Shown here: positions 39,365 through 54,054 of the stretch, in pieces | How the letters are laid out: the number at the start of each line of letters is the position of its first letter | Position numbering within the stretch: the first letter of the stretch is position 1 | Assembly (NCBI GenBank): GCA_951804945.1 | Contig: OX638153.1 | Span: 45,198,001 to 45,262,000, forward strand | Direction: 5' to 3' | Source of the DNA: Podarcis cretensis | Lineage: Eukaryota | DNA: 64,000 nt | Position numbers and translations under genes: made by a program | Notes under the pieces: model-generated | What the model was told of the DNA's origin: nothing | The model's database searches: none | The model's input: the letters and a program-made list of their open reading frames with translations, nothing else

Positions 39365-39518
39365 CTGCAGGTAATGTAAATGTTACAAGGTCAGTTAGGA
39401 AATAGCAGGCAAAGTCTCCCTTCCGCTGATGAAGAGATGCAGCGATTTCACGTCGGATTTGCTCAGTAAGCTCTGGGCATACCATAGCTGGAATGCACTT
39501 AGCTGCATGTTGGGATAC
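39365..39518 (-). CDS. ZRANB1: ZRANB1 coding exon 3 (VSQHAAKCIPAMVCPELTEQ...TFTLPA), 154 nt
   Basis: Acceptor ttacag| and donor CAG|gtaatt; frame continuous. Confidence 0.96.
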
Positions 39519-41425
39519 CTGTAACAGGATGTTTCATGATGTTATTAATTTAAGAGAGAAATGGACCACACCTGTTAAAACGCAAGAGAATCCCCCACCC
39601 AAGGACAGCTGACAGTAACAGTAAGACCCAATGTTCCGCATTATTGGAATGGTGGGCTTGGGAACAGAGGCATCTCACTTCTGACTCTTGCTCAGCCATA
39701 TAGGTTGCTGGGTGATCACAGGGCAGTAATGAATTTGTAGTCTAACCTACCCCCGTGAGAGGGAAAGGGGGATACCTGCATGGATACCAACCCAAGCTCC
39801 TTGCAGGAAGGACAAAACTATCCAAAGAGTGAACTAGGTTTTGAGGAGATGTATGTCACTTCTTCCATAGCTTAAATGCTACTCTGTGATCAATTGAAAT
39901 TGAGTTCCTAGAAAGAGCTGCCAGCATTGGATAAGTCTTTGAACTAACTGGCATCATTCAGAAACAAAACAAGAAGGAAGTTTTAGCAGCCCTGATTTCT
40001 GTCCGGATCTAGTGAACACATGAATTCATGTGTTCCTAATATAAAACACAGCTAAGATGTACTTTACAGCTGTATCAAAATTCCTAACATGGTAGGGTAT
40101 CCAGGGCTGCTTCACAAGGAACATATTTCCTACACTGAGATTACCTCCATATAGAAACCATGTCCGGCGTGAAGAAGTCCATAAATACGCAGCTCCACTG
40201 TCCCTTTCTGCCTAGCCTGGTAGTGTCTTGGATTTATTCATTTCACTTATTGAAAGTTAACTACAATCCCTTCAATGAACATAAGACATTATTGGAATAT
40301 TTCTCCAGTGCTCCACCATCTATTTTGGAGAACATTTCAAAATGTTTTTAAAAGCTCTACATGGCTTGAGACTTGTAAAGCTACACCACATCAACCTGCC
40401 TGTGCACTGTGGTCATTTTCAGAGGCCTATCTCTGCGTGTCATTGTCATCTAAGCTGGGGAAATTGGGGACCTTTCTTGATTGCAAATATGCCTGTGGAA
40501 TGACCATCCAGCAACCACTTCGATGTCTTTTTAGAGCCAGTTGAAGACCTTTCCCAAGGACTTCTAACCTCTGAAAAGACTGTTTCATTTTTAGTGTTTT
40601 CACAGAAGTTTAATTATGTATTTGTTTTATGCTGTAAGTTGCTCTGGAATTATACTGTTATAAATTTAATAAGAATTGTTAAAGATACAGAAGAGCAAAG
40701 CTTTGCTGAGGAAGAATCAGTGTTTCCTCATCAACCACTATGAATCATTTCTGTTAGTAAATAACCCAGTAGATGTGGATAATCAGTACAATAAAACTCT
40801 CATCACTCTCAACTATTGTAAATGCAGGCTATGGCTCACGGGAACTAAAGAGTCCAACAACTTCTGGAGAGCCACACATTCACTAAACCCAAACAGGGCG
40901 GTGGCTCCCCTTCTGTGGAAGGCTTTTCCCAGAGAGGCTCATCTGGCATTACATGTCTTTAGAAACCAGGCAAAAGCATTCCTCTTTACCCAAGCCTTTG
41001 GCTATTAAATAATCTATGGCCTCTTAAAGCGGGGTTGGGGTTGGGGGTAGGCGCTGTTATTATTATTGTTTTATTATTACGCAGTCTATTCTTATGGTTT
41101 TTATTATTGTAATCCATAAAATGTGTTCTTAATGTTGCTCACCATTCTGGGATCTTTTAATAAAGGGTAGTATATAAATTGAATAAAACAAACAACAACA
41201 ACAGGAAACAGAGGATAAGACTAAGGGACAGCAAAATCTCTATTGGTATTGGCACCATTCATCTTATTCATATACCTCTCTGGTATACCTCACCAAGAAG
41301 GATCAAACTGACCACCAAGGCTTCAGCACTACTCTCATTAAATTCCCTGCTGATGCTTCAGTTGTCACTGGAACCAGATGCAGGGACTCCCATAAGCACA
41401 CATACCAGCAAAAGTGAAAACTCAC

Positions 41426-41613
41426 CTCTGTAAGCAGAATTGCTAGCATATCTTGTCTTTGAAAACGTATAGCAAGATGAACAAGTGTGTATCCCACATC
41501 AAAAGCGGAAGGGCGATTTAACAAGCGTACTTCATCTGCAGAAAGCTGTCGTGCAATATCTCCTCCTGACGACTTGTATGCTTCAATAGCAGCTAAGTCA
41601 CCTTCTACAACCC
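41426..41613 (-). CDS. ZRANB1: ZRANB1 coding exon 2 (GVVEGDLAAIEAYKSSGG...AILLTE), AnkUBD, 188 nt
   Basis: Acceptor ctctag| and donor GAG|gtgagt; ankyrin-like GYTLVHLA. Confidence 0.97.
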
Positions 41614-42267
41614 CTAGAGACATGGAACATGGGTCATAAAGTTAAAATTTCTAATATTACTTAAGATAATGACAGTTCATTCTTAATCCAGTTACCATTT
41701 ATTGTACCATTTCCTTACCATACATTGAGATCCTAAGTTGGGGAAGGGCCTTGAATTTGGTTGCCATCAGTGGAGCTCTGTGCCTTGCCAGTCACACTAA
41801 CTGATAATGTATGCTCGCAGCAGTACATAGTATTTTTGCCACAGTTCACATGAAGGTAGAAACCTATACAGTACATGTCCATGGAGGAGAGTATGCAGAG
41901 CAAGTCCATGCAACCTTTTGTCTACAGCATGGTAGTTCAAGAGAAGGGATGAATCAATTGCTTATATTCACAGGGCCTCTGTGGAAGGACTTCAAACATT
42001 ACTAATGAGATTTGGTTCTCACTTATAGCCCCATCTAATTATACTATAAAAAAAATCACATAAATGGAGCCCTTCTAAAATGACCTTAGGGCTGCTTGGC
42101 AAAATTCTCTCATTGGGTACCAGATCAAATGTGCCAGAGTTCCAGTGACAGATCTGCCAAAGACACATTACAGAAGTTAGACAGGATGCAGCTTGAACAT
42201 GGTTGGCTTCAATATGAAGCTACAGAACTCGCTGAAGTCTTCCCTGTGGCTGTATACAAACTACTAC

Positions 42268-42480
42268 ATTATTATTTTTATCCTCCAAGAAATTCAGGGC
42301 GGCATACAAGGTGCTCCTCCCCACTTCATTTTTCTTCACAACAGCCCTATGAGGTAGGCTAAGTCAAGAATTTGTGATTTGTCTAAAATCACCCTCTGAG
42401 CTCCATGGCTGAGTAGGGATTTGAATGTACTTCTCCTCAGTCCTGGTCTTGACACTAACCACTATAAGACATTGGCTCTC
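42268..42480 (-). mobile_element. CORE/MIR-like SINE; a + strand fragment lies at about 39655-39810
   Basis: CACAACAGCCCTATGAGGTAGG core, ATGGCTGAG..GGGATTTGAA B-box complement, and CTAACCACTA A-box complement. Confidence 0.65.
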
Positions 42481-43277
42481 AAGGTGAATGAGGAAAGTGC
42501 TATCATATTGGACACAAGTGGGGAGAGATATGGATCATTTGTTTTAGCAAGTCCAGTCAGTTCATATAAACTTAATAACATCACTTTGAGTAGGACACGC
42601 CTTTGTTTCAGGAAGGGTGTTACCTGAGCAATTCACCATAAGCTAGCCAAAAATCACACAAAATAACTACTCCGTCAATGCCATAAGCTGAATACAAAAC
42701 ATTACAAGCCATCTGAAGGAGGGGCTATGATGGCTCAACCGGACTAAGTTCCCATGCAAGGGCAAATTGCAATAACTAAGAGGTACCATTTAATAACCAC
42801 TTCAAAAGTGCTAAGTGGATGCCTGCCATGGATAACTTCATTAATGTGGGGTCTTGACTGAATATGGATGTACCAGAATAAAGCAAACAAAGGAAGTGTA
42901 ATCAGGAGTGCAATGCCACCCCTGAAGAGCGGGTGCATTTGGTACATTGTATTTAGGATACTTAATTTTAAACAGCTGAATTCATTTTATATGCTTTCCT
43001 CATCTTCCCAAAATGGACTTCCAGGAACAAGGAAGTCCTGGTACAGAAAAAAGGGGATCTTATTGTTCTGAAGAATGCAGTATCCACCAACACCATCATG
43101 GCAAACTGGAAGGGAAATAAGTTTGTGAGAGTCTTGGCAATAGACAGGATGTGCAAGTATGTACTGAACTGCCCTTCAGAGAAAATGAGATAATATCTTT
43201 GGTAGGATCCCTCTCCTTCTGGATGAAAGAGATGACAGAACGCAAAAGGAAGCTCCTGGAACTTACTATGTTTAGAC

Positions 43278-43413
43278 CAGGCATAGGCAAACTCCGGCCT
43301 TCCTGATGTTTGGGACTACAATTCCCATCATCCCTAGCTAAAAGGACCAGTGATCAGGAATGATGGGAATTGCAGTCCCAAACATCTGGAGGGCCGGAGT
43401 GTGTCTATGCCTG
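43278..43413. mobile_element. Palindromic hAT (Charlie-like) MITE
   Basis: CAGGCATAGGCAAACTCCGGCC...GGCCGGAGTGTGTCTATGCCTG; perfect 8-bp TSD GTTTAGAC; nearly the whole element is a fold-back. Confidence 0.92.
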
Positions 43414-46400
43414 GTTTAGACAATCTTATTTTGACTCAATAAGCCCCAAAGGGGAACAAAACCTGTGCTCATAGTCCCCTTTCTCCTCCACACACTGTGG
43501 TAAACTGGGAAGTGTTTAATTAACCTTCCTTTTCAGTTAGATCCAAACCAGGAAACTATGGTTACTAGGTTTAGAACAAGCTAGGATATTAAACCAACTG
43601 CAAATAATGGTTTAAAATCCTGCCTTGTTTCAGTGCTGGAAAACATAGGGACTTCGGATTAATTCCAGGGGAATTTCTGGCTTATTACCACACACCAAGA
43701 AAGTAGAAATGGGAGATAATCCAAACTATACCACAGAAAGAAGTGGTGTTCATTCTCTGGGAAATTACTACATACCCTAGGAAATAACTATATACTCAAT
43801 CTTTTTGAATCTTAGGAAGATTAACTAGGGAAGTGAAACAATACTCTTTACAGTAAGAGAAGTGGCAGCATACAACCTATTTTCCATATTGAAGCCATCT
43901 AAGCTATTCCAAGCATGTTTAGCTTTATAATCTCTGTTCCAGAGAAATTGCTTCTGAAGACTATAAAATAGGAACTTGATTTTTTTAAAAAAATCCCCAA
44001 CCTCTTTGGTTTCCAGCCAGCAAAGAAAAGCTATACAGTAAAAGCACTGTGTAAAATTCAATCCTACACTTTTATGTTAACATTTCATAGCCTAAAGTAA
44101 AAGTGATCAAACTTGCAGCATTCAGATTTTTACACTGCATTGTATAAAACAGTATCTTTCTGCAGGTATTTATCAAGCTATATCCTTTACTTAGCACATA
44201 GACCTCTGCTTAAGAGAAATCAACAAATTCATATGATGGTAATAATGAGGAAAGTGTCCCTAACCCTAGAATGGGGAATCTCTGGCCCATGGGCCAAATT
44301 TAACCTGCTAGGCCTCCCCATTTCCCCCTCAAGGCTATTTTCCCAAAACCACACACACCTGTCATCAGATGTGATGTCAGATGTGAAGCAGATGTAAATG
44401 TAGCTGCAGAAAGCATGACTGAAATGTATTTCATGTTCTAAGCCTACATAATGATACTCTACTTTTGTAGAATGGGCACTTCATTTTATACCAAGAAAGC
44501 CACAATAGTGCACTATCAGTAGGTTGCAATTGTCACAAATTATATTCAAAGTTTTTCTTTTTAATTTGTTTGCATGTCAGTTCTTAGAAACAACGATTTT
44601 GTGGCATTCTGTACCATAGCCTCCTTTACTCACCAGGCCAAAAGGGAGAAAGACTCTCTGGGCACAAACATTGGATCCAAGGTACAAAGAAATGCCAGCA
44701 CAACTGGTTATTCCTCCCTCCCAGCTTAGTAAGTACCGGAGACTTTGTAGGGGCTATAAGGACCCCCCTTCTTACCCTTAAGTGCCCCTTGCTCCTCCCC
44801 ATGGGCCTGTCTATCATGGGGGCCAGGACACACAGGTGCATAAGGGCTGGACTGTGCCTAAAAACCAAAAAGGAATCTGAATTTAGTATTTTTGTACACA
44901 CATTTACTCAAGAACAACTAACATATTCAAGAGATTTATAACCCACCTTTTGAGAAAAGTCCTCAATGGGGCTTACAAAACCAGTTATGCCTGCACCTGG
45001 GAGTGGAGCAGAGCTGGGGCTTGAAAGATGGAGGCCAATGCTTAAGAGGATTACAGCAGGCCACAAGTTTATTGCTCATAGCTTTCAAATAATATTGGCA
45101 CTGAATGAAAGGGAATCCCAATATTACTGAAAGCTTATGTGCAGACATGTGCTAAACATGCCCAGCCCATCAGTTAGGGAACCGGGTAACTAGCTAACAG
45201 CATAAGTCACTCCTTCTGCCACTGTCACCATTCTGCCAGGTATGGCTGGTGTGTCAGCTCTCAATTAAAGTTGGCCCCTGAGTCCTCACCTCCAAGGACC
45301 TTTAGGGCAGCCAGGCCAAAACAAAGAGCACAGCCCCACTTCCTCCTCTGACTATGGTCCCTGCCTAACGTCCAAGCACTAGAGTGAGCTCTGAGAGCCT
45401 GAGAGGACAAAATAAAATTGGTCTTTAAAAAAAAAAGCCAACAGAGAGGAGGTTGATGGAGCATGAGATGGAGAGGATACCTGACTGATTCTCAGACCAG
45501 GCAATGCAAGCATGGGATAGGGGAGAAGTAAGTGATTCCATCTGCACACCTCATTCCCCACTTTTGGTACCTCTCCCAGCCTGGGTATTGCTGAGCAATA
45601 TATAGCAGAAGCACTGGGAAGAGTGATGGGATATGAGTGCTGCCAACTGTTGGACATCCAGCCTACAGATCTATGAAAGGATATAAATACCTTTGTTTGT
45701 TGCTTAGATTGCTACTGTTTGTGGAAGCCAAATGGTGGGTCCTCCTCAGTGAGAGTGAGATTGCCAGTGAGAGTGAGAAATGCCAGATGCATTTTGTGCC
45801 TAAAGATTCTCCATTTGCGAGCACCTCAAAAAGTCTGGGTGCCATTTTTTGTGCCTGGCTGACACTCAAGGATTACTGAAATGTATGTGCTTTGAATCCT
45901 TGAAGTATATGTTATGGATAGACAATATGCTAAGGAATTTAACAATAAAGAGTACGTAGGGTGGTTTTGAAAACTGAAGTTTGGTACTAATATGTTTACT
46001 GTAAACACCAAATTGAACATGTATTAACAATTTCTGTTAAAAATTTGATATTAACAATGTGTCACTTATGTGAATTGTGTATTAGTGCATGCTTATCAAA
46101 ATAATAAATAAAAAGTGTTGCCGTCCTGCCCCCAAATGGCAACAAGACACCTACATCTATGAAACTAAGAAGATTATCCACAAATTCTTTTACAGATCTA
46201 GGATGCCACATCCTTAAATATCAGATTATTTAGATCAAAAAATGTAATATTAAGATAACAATTACATCATAATATACATGATGTTATGATATACAGCCTA
46301 AGATTACCACTTGATAAAATTTCTGACACCATTAAGAGAGATGACTGGTCTGAAGGCTATGATCTGAGAAGTATTTTGGGGGGTGGGATTATAAACACTT

Positions 46401-48719
46401 ATAAACACTTTCTGCAGGCAAGCATATTTCTCAAAAGTATCAGTAAAATGCTTTTAATGAAAGCTGCATTCCCAGACAGACAATTCTAAGAGAAAATGTG
46501 GTTTCTGGATTCTCTTACACATACATACTCTGCCAAATAATCTCTTTTCACCTTTCTTCCCCATAGCAGATGAAAGGAACAGTTGTCAAACGCTTCCATT
46601 ACAGATTTCACTGCTGAAGACAAGCAATATAAGAGGAGACCAAAGCAGGACAAATATTGGGGATTATGATCAGAATACAGTATTTTTGTTCAAAAGAATC
46701 TGATCCAAGCCAGAATTGTATGTTACACACACAGATGTGAATAACTAGAAAAGCTGTTTAAAGTATAAAGAAGTAATGTGGAAGAAGCCACTCAACCCTT
46801 TTCCCCATCTAGGATTTCCAACTTCCAGTTTTTCTTACCCACCGCTGCATCTCTTGTTCAAAGTAGGCCACATACATATGTAACATGTGGTATGGAGACC
46901 TCATACCACCAAAATTGCACATTAATTGATGTCCTGACATGCCTAGACAACCTGTAACCCACATCCACCAAGTAGATCTGGTAGTTTGCTTGGAACTTGA
47001 TAGTCTCCTCCTGGTTTTGTTGCTTGGCTACACAAAACGGAAGCTTATTAAGTACCCGTCAGGTTTCAAAAAAATGTCCGGCTGTGTTCAACTTGGCAAG
47101 CCACACATTGTGCAGGCTTAGGTTAGGATACCCAGTCTGGAAATTCACAGCCAACCACAAAGCTGAAACATTAAGAATGTTGATCAGACATTTCAATCTT
47201 TTATCATGTGTTAGCAGCAGGAAATTTTTGGTTTGGCCAATCTAAAAGTTATACCAAAGTAAAGGAAATTAACCATTTGGAAATGTTGCACACAAGCAAA
47301 GTTAACAAGAACAGTGGTTGAATAGCTCTGATCAATTCATCAAATAATAAGAATCCAAATGAACTTGAAACAGAGAATTTAAGTCACCTTCCTCCAGAAA
47401 ACACTACCACATTCTATCAGCCTCAGGCAAATATCTTGTTTATCTAGGATACATATCAGCTCCTTTGTAGTTTGCTCAACTCTACTGTTCATGCCATCCT
47501 GGTGATGCAAGTAGATAAGGTAGGAGAGTTGAGGAAGAGGACTGATTACCTAGACTGGAATACAAATTTCAAAAAATAATTGAGGGCCCTTTCATGCAAT
47601 TATCACAATGTAAGTGGGCTTACTTAGGAAAAAGGCACATGCTTCATTCACAGGGCACCTATCCTTATTTCATATCTGCAGAATAGGAACATATCCCAGG
47701 GAATCATGTATGGTGTGCCACTAGTAGTGATATGAAGTGATAATATTCTCTCCAAAAGATTATTTTTGAGAATTTAACATCACTAGCCACTAAAGCCTGA
47801 GAGTTTTGATTTGACTGCTCTGTATTGCTTTTAAAAATGTACATTTTCCCCATAAGGCCATCAAGATAAAAGAGCTCTCTAATACCCTCAAGCCTAAAAG
47901 AAAACTCTGGAGAGAATACAAAACTGATGCTTTAGATTTTTAAAATCAGAACAATAGTGATTAAAAAGGGAAAGATTATAATTCAGTATTTTCTTCCACA
48001 GCTTTTTACAGAAGCAACCTGCAAAATTCAGTAGTCATAGGGCAGCACCCTCTCACAAGATATGGAGAGCCTTTAACAGTAAATTTTAACTGTGCCCCTG
48101 CTGCTGTCCAGTGAGCATGGCAATCAAGGCTAAAAGGTACACAGATTCACTACTAAATTTTCATTAAAGCTGAGGCTTCTGATTGGCTGAGTCTGCTTTC
48201 TCTACCCTCTGCGGGTAACAAGAGGCCATGTCAGCCAAAAGGCTATTGCCTCATTGCCTAGAGTGTGTGACACAGCATGGTTTTTTCACTCCATCTATCA
48301 TGATGGGCAAGATAGTGAAGCAGTAGACTTCAAAGCTAGGAACAGCCAGAAGGACTGCAGCAGCAGCCAGACCATCTGGAGACAAGGTAACAGACTGTAT
48401 TTTTAAGGGTGGTGATGTGATTTTTGGCCAGCAGGAGCAGCCAACTCCATGCTCTCAACATTTGACTGGTAAAATGGCTTGGGGGGGGGCAGACTTCTCT
48501 TCTATGTTGGGCTTGGCACAAATGCAGAAGTCAAAGCAGCAGGTTGACAGGCCAAGAAACAGAGCAGCAGATGTATAAAAAAATCAATATAGTCTCTACA
48601 GCTTTCTTCAAGATGCTGCCTGCCAGAAGTACATTAGGAGGGATTTTGTGTCATCTTCAGCTGGCAGGAGAGCACCAATAGATACATGCTGCCCACATCC
48701 ACCTGAACTTCCATATTAT

Positions 48720-50950
48720 AGCAAGGACTAATTTAGGTACTAATTTGGAGTATTTTTATCTTCTGTTGGACTCCTGGGCCACACTGGGGGTTCTGTTGGC
48801 GTATCATCCACCCTGCTACCTTTCTGAACTGATGAAGATGGTCTCATATTTGGTTCTGGAGATTCCCAAGGATGTTTGGTGCTGAGACTATCTTGCAGGG
48901 GCTTTACCCCTCAGCAACTGTGGGGTACCTTTAACAACAATTCACCCCAGAGGCTGTTTCTGGGGGCTTTTCCAGCTGATATGACAGGCATTCCTACTGA
49001 AGCCCTAGCTGTTCTCTGGAATAAGGAGATGACTCATTCAACTGATGCAACCAGTCTCTTCCTTTAGGTACAGCCTATGCAACTCCTTGTTACACACCTG
49101 AGCACAATGAAACAAGCTGAAAGACAGCTGGTACACAAGTGGAAGGAAATTCAAGATGAATCCAACTGAACACAAGTGAGAGCCTACTTTGTTGCAGTAA
49201 TGGATGTGAACAAACTTTTTCCTCCTATAGCTGAATCCTCTCAATGTTATCTAGATTTCCCAAACAGTGCAGGGCCTTTTTGAAAACTGGCCTAGGAGAT
49301 GTGGTTAATCCTCAGGAACCCACTATCACGTTTGCAGGACACTCTGAATGTAAAGTTTCTCGCATCCATCATGACTTAAACTTTACAATTAATGCTATGT
49401 CAGTAGTAGAGGTGTTCAGAGTTCCATCTGGTCCAGCCTGCTTGGATGGATTTCAGTTACTGAAACATGAGGACATGGACAATGCTTGGTCATGACTCAT
49501 GCCCAGAATAACACTTGTGTATTTGACCCTTGCCAGTCATGGCTTATTAAATCTAGCAGGAAATGTATGGTTGGCTGGGTCCAAGCAGTTAGAAGACAGA
49601 AGGCTCAAGTGTAACCCTCTCCATGACTTTCAATACCATCACTCTTGTATTCTTCTAATTAGGCTCACCCACCTAGGCATAAGAGGGATTTTCCATTTCT
49701 ACTGAGAGGACCAATTCCATAAGTTGGTACTGCAGAAATACTGCTCAATGCCTTCACAATTGTGCTTCCTGGAGCCCCCGTGCTGTTTAACATCTACACA
49801 AAACCACTGAGAAAAGAGGTTGAGCAATCTGGGCTGAGGTGTGACCAGTATGCAATAATCAGAAGCAGGTGAGGCTGTGGATGCCCTGAATCAGAACATT
49901 AGCATGGTAACTGATTGGATTAACAAACTGAGACTCAATCCTGATAAGGTGGAAGCACTATTGGTAGATGATTTGTCCATCCAGGTCAGGGCAGCCCAAC
50001 TTTTCATACCAGATGGGCCCCAAGAGTAGTTCAACATGGAACCCTTAGACGGCACACTGCCTCGTCATACAGGGGCAGGAAGGCTAAAATTTGATGCCTC
50101 CCCCACAGCCCTTGTGCTGCCTTCTCACAGCGGGCTAAGTAAGGCACTGGGCTTTGGGAAGGAGGCATGAGGCTCTGAAAGAGTACAAGAGCCCTCCCTT
50201 CTCCTTCCCAAAGCTAGAAAAGTGTAGACTAGGCTTTGGAAAGGAGATGGTAGAACCCTAGGATCCTGTTAGAGCCTTCTCACCTCCTCCCCCAAACTTT
50301 GGAAACTCCCCCAGCTTTGGAAAGACAGCATGAGATGAGGATGGGGGGGGTTTCAAATGTTGCCAAGGGGTCCCAAAAAGGTATTGAGGGCCACATGTGA
50401 AGGGCAAACAGTCTGATCTGAAAAGGGTTCCCGACGCCTGAAAAAACTTAGTAAATTCACAGCTTAGGGATACTTCTGGATGCAAAATTATCATAAGAGG
50501 TTCAAGAGGTCTGTGTGGCAAGTACCTTTCACCAGTTTTAGCCAATATATAAAGTATGGCTATACCTTGGCCAGAGCTGTTTACATTCAGGTAACCACAC
50601 CTTCAGACTACTGCAGTGAGTTGCACATGTGGCTGCCTTTTTAAAGAGTGACTCAGAAACTGCAATTTGTTTAAAATAGAGCCACAAGGCTATGAACTAG
50701 GTACTTAACCTGCCGCACTGCCTCCCTGTCCTTTTCCAGGCCTAATGTGAATTACCAGCTTTAGCCTACAAAGGCCGAAACATTGAGATCCTGTTTGGAT
50801 CCAGGTAAAGTGAAGCAGGTGGCTACAAAAGTGAGGGGCTTCTCAGCTGTGGCACACCGGTATTGGTATAGTCTCCTCAGGCACCTTTTTATGGTCTTTT
50901 TGGCCCCAAGTGAGTGCCTTTTTATTTACTCAGGCCTTCTAAACCTGTAT
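48720..50950 (+). mobile_element. Highly degraded L2-like LINE ORF2/3' fragments with an interrupting hAT-like relic (about 49987-50440)
   Basis: Remnants such as AACAAACTGAGACTCAATCCTGATAAGGTGGAAG (N-K-L-R-L-N-P-D-K) typical of the L2/CR1 RT C-terminus; no intact ORF; boundaries approximate. Confidence 0.5.
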
Positions 50951-53900
50951 TTTAAAATAAACTACAGGTCTACATAATCAGTGCTATTTTTCTAGAAAAA
51001 AGATGCTGGAACTCACCACAAAGACCTACCTTTGTCTCTGTATAATGGCAATGGTGTCCACATAAGAGGTGCCGGAACTGAATTCTGGTGAGTTCCAGCA
51101 GAAAAAAGTCCTCCTTTTGTTGTTTTCTTGCTGTTAAATAAAGCTTATGCTCTGGCTCTTTTAGTGTTGCTTTAAACTGAGCTGCAAACTTGGTATATAC
51201 CTTTTCTGCACCACAGGAACCTAGTATGTCAGAGGCTAGTAAATGCCTTAAGGTATCGGCCACACATGGGAAATATAAACATACATTTGCTATTATGATA
51301 GACCACAATCATGTTTTCCACATTAGAAAAACAAAAGCCAAAAATTGTGCAGAATCTATTCCTCTCATATGGTACCTTACAAAAGGCATCCCACAGGAAG
51401 CAACTTGTCGCATACTAATTAAATGCTAGAGTGACTGACATCAAATTTCTAAAAATAAATCATGGGAAACAGCATCTTGAAACCACTATAACAAAATTGT
51501 AAAAAGGCAAACTTAAAAATCAACGGAGTCTCCTTTTCAGGACATGCTGCAATGCAAGATGCAAAACTGCAAAGATAATTAATGAGCTATTTGCATTTGG
51601 GCCAAAACAAGACCCATGTATTCAAAGACAAGTATAATTCATTGTTTTTAAATCTTTAAATAAGCACTATAAATAGTATGCCTTTTATTTTACGGGCAGC
51701 AAAAAATGGAACCTTCTTTTCCTGGTCAACTATTTGCCATATCTAACTGAATACTATTTGCAAGTCTAGCATTTCACTATTATATACACACATTACATGC
51801 ATTTGCCACAGTGTTCTGACATGTCAGTATTACCATCCTAAGCAATAGATCCATCAGGTATTCAATATTAGACACCCATGTCTTAAGTTCCCAGTCTCTC
51901 AAACACCAGCTAAACATCTTTGTAGCATTTAATAAATCCAAGCAAGGGTATTCTTGTTGTTAAATGAAGAAGGGAATGTTCTATCCATGACAATTTTCTT
52001 TAAAAAATAAATCCATCAGAAATCTTTGTCTTTGTGTATAGTACCGTAAGGGAGAAAGATGGCAATGAACATTATTTTTAACATGGGTGTTTGAGAATTT
52101 TGGATAGCAGTATGCTACATTGAGTTCTGTCTTGTACAAACAAGAAAAAATCCATCTTCCACAAAGGAGGGAAGACACTTCCTGGCAGTGCTTTGTATAC
52201 CCCCCTTCGTCCATAAAAAGTTGGAAGGTTATTTGAAAGAATACAGGGTATTTTTCAGCAGTCAGTAGTGAGCAAATTAAGTTCACAAATTCTTACTTTC
52301 TTCTACAAAAATACACCAAGCTCAGTAGCCTGCCATAGTCTGGCAGGCCACTTGTTTTTACACCGGCCACGGAAAGGAAGGACAGTGTGTGTCATTCCTC
52401 CTCTGCCACCCAACTCACCCACCTGCACGGAATTCCATGTACTTGCTTTCATGAAATTCCTTGCTGATTAAGGCTACCACAGAGCCATACAAGGCAGAAT
52501 TCATATTTGAAGGCAATCTGCTTATCTCATAATTTTTGATTAAGATAGTATGTATCTCAACATTCAGAGGTCCTACTGAATGCCTCCACCTAATGAAATG
52601 CAATAAGTAGCTACAGAAGTGGGGGTCTTTGGGGGCAGGTGAACACCTCCTCTGTGCAATGCCTTCTCCACAGAGGCTCACTTGGCATCTAATCTTGGGG
52701 GGTTGTTTTATTACTAGGCAAAAATATTGGGGGGGGGGTCATAGTTTTAAACTGAATTTATTCTTTCCAATCAGAGTGGATTTTTTGTTGTTGTCTTTGC
52801 ACTTTTTTTGCTTCTGAATTTTAAATTTGTTTTATTTATTTTTTGTTAGGCGCTACCCTGAAAACTCTGTTATAGATACTGAAAAAAAAACTATAATAAA
52901 TATTGGATCAGACTGGCATAGCTGAATTTTATACCTATTTACACATTTTCTGCCCTGCTAACCCTTTTGTGTGAACTGTCTATGTAACTTGTCTTACCTA
53001 CTCCAATCCCTCCTCAAAATCCACTTTTGAATGCTTTGATACAACCTTCCCCAAACTGATGTCTGAACTACAACTCCCATCAGCCCCTGATGTGTCCAAA
53101 AACGTCTAAAGGGTACCAGGTCAGGGAAGGCTGTTCCACTAGAACTAAGCCTGTAACCAAGCCTAAGTATAACTGAAACAATCTCATATTCTTTTACCCC
53201 AGCCACCACTTCCCTCATGTTCATCTGTTTCCCTTGTATTAGGTTTTATATATTGTAAGCTCGTTGGGACAGGAACATGCCCTCTTCTATTCTAATGCAC
53301 CATGAAACTAATTGCACTGTATTATTATCATCATTATTATTAAATATACAGCACAGTTCTACCCTTATACTTTGAAAATACTTTCAATATTTTCCAAAAT
53401 ATCTGCTTGTAGGGGGAAATCCACATAGCAGAACACTAGACATATCCCGATAGCATTATAGATTTGATACACTAGAGATAATTAATCAAACTGTAATTTA
53501 TAATATGCCAAAACGACAATATTTGTTACTACAATCAGTATTTCCAAGGTCAGAACTACATTGTGTTATTTTTAACTGATTGCCTCACACTTGTGTAAGA
53601 TCTATACTGTTTACAAACACTCGTGAACTGCAGCTGCTGATTCTAAGGCACAGCTTGTCACTGTAAGTAGGGTAAAAAAAAATTAACACATGGCTAAGTA
53701 ATTTTATGCATTAGTGTTCATATGTAAGAACTGTTCTTAAAGGCATTTAGAATCTTTATTTTTAAAACTGAAGTGCAACTCTGATTTTACGCTTGTGTCA
53801 ATGGTATTTATTTGGCTAGCATTTAAGTAGGATTTTCCTATGTTTCAACACCTTACAAAAATAAGTTCACATATTGTGTTGTTAAAATATGGAAATTCAA

Positions 53901-54054
53901 CATTTGTATAGTGATTTTAAGTGTTTAAAGAGCTTCATATGCATGCTTGTTATAAACATTGTGTGAAGCTTGCCAAAATAATTGTTTTACATTTTAACCA
54001 ATATACACCACTCATCTTCCCTTGTAAATGAAATATGACTGACACAGAACTTAC

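Noticed and set aside
49987-50440. Intact hAT element inside the L2 fragment
   Set aside because: The termini look hAT-like but no matching TSD could be found; kept only as a relic.
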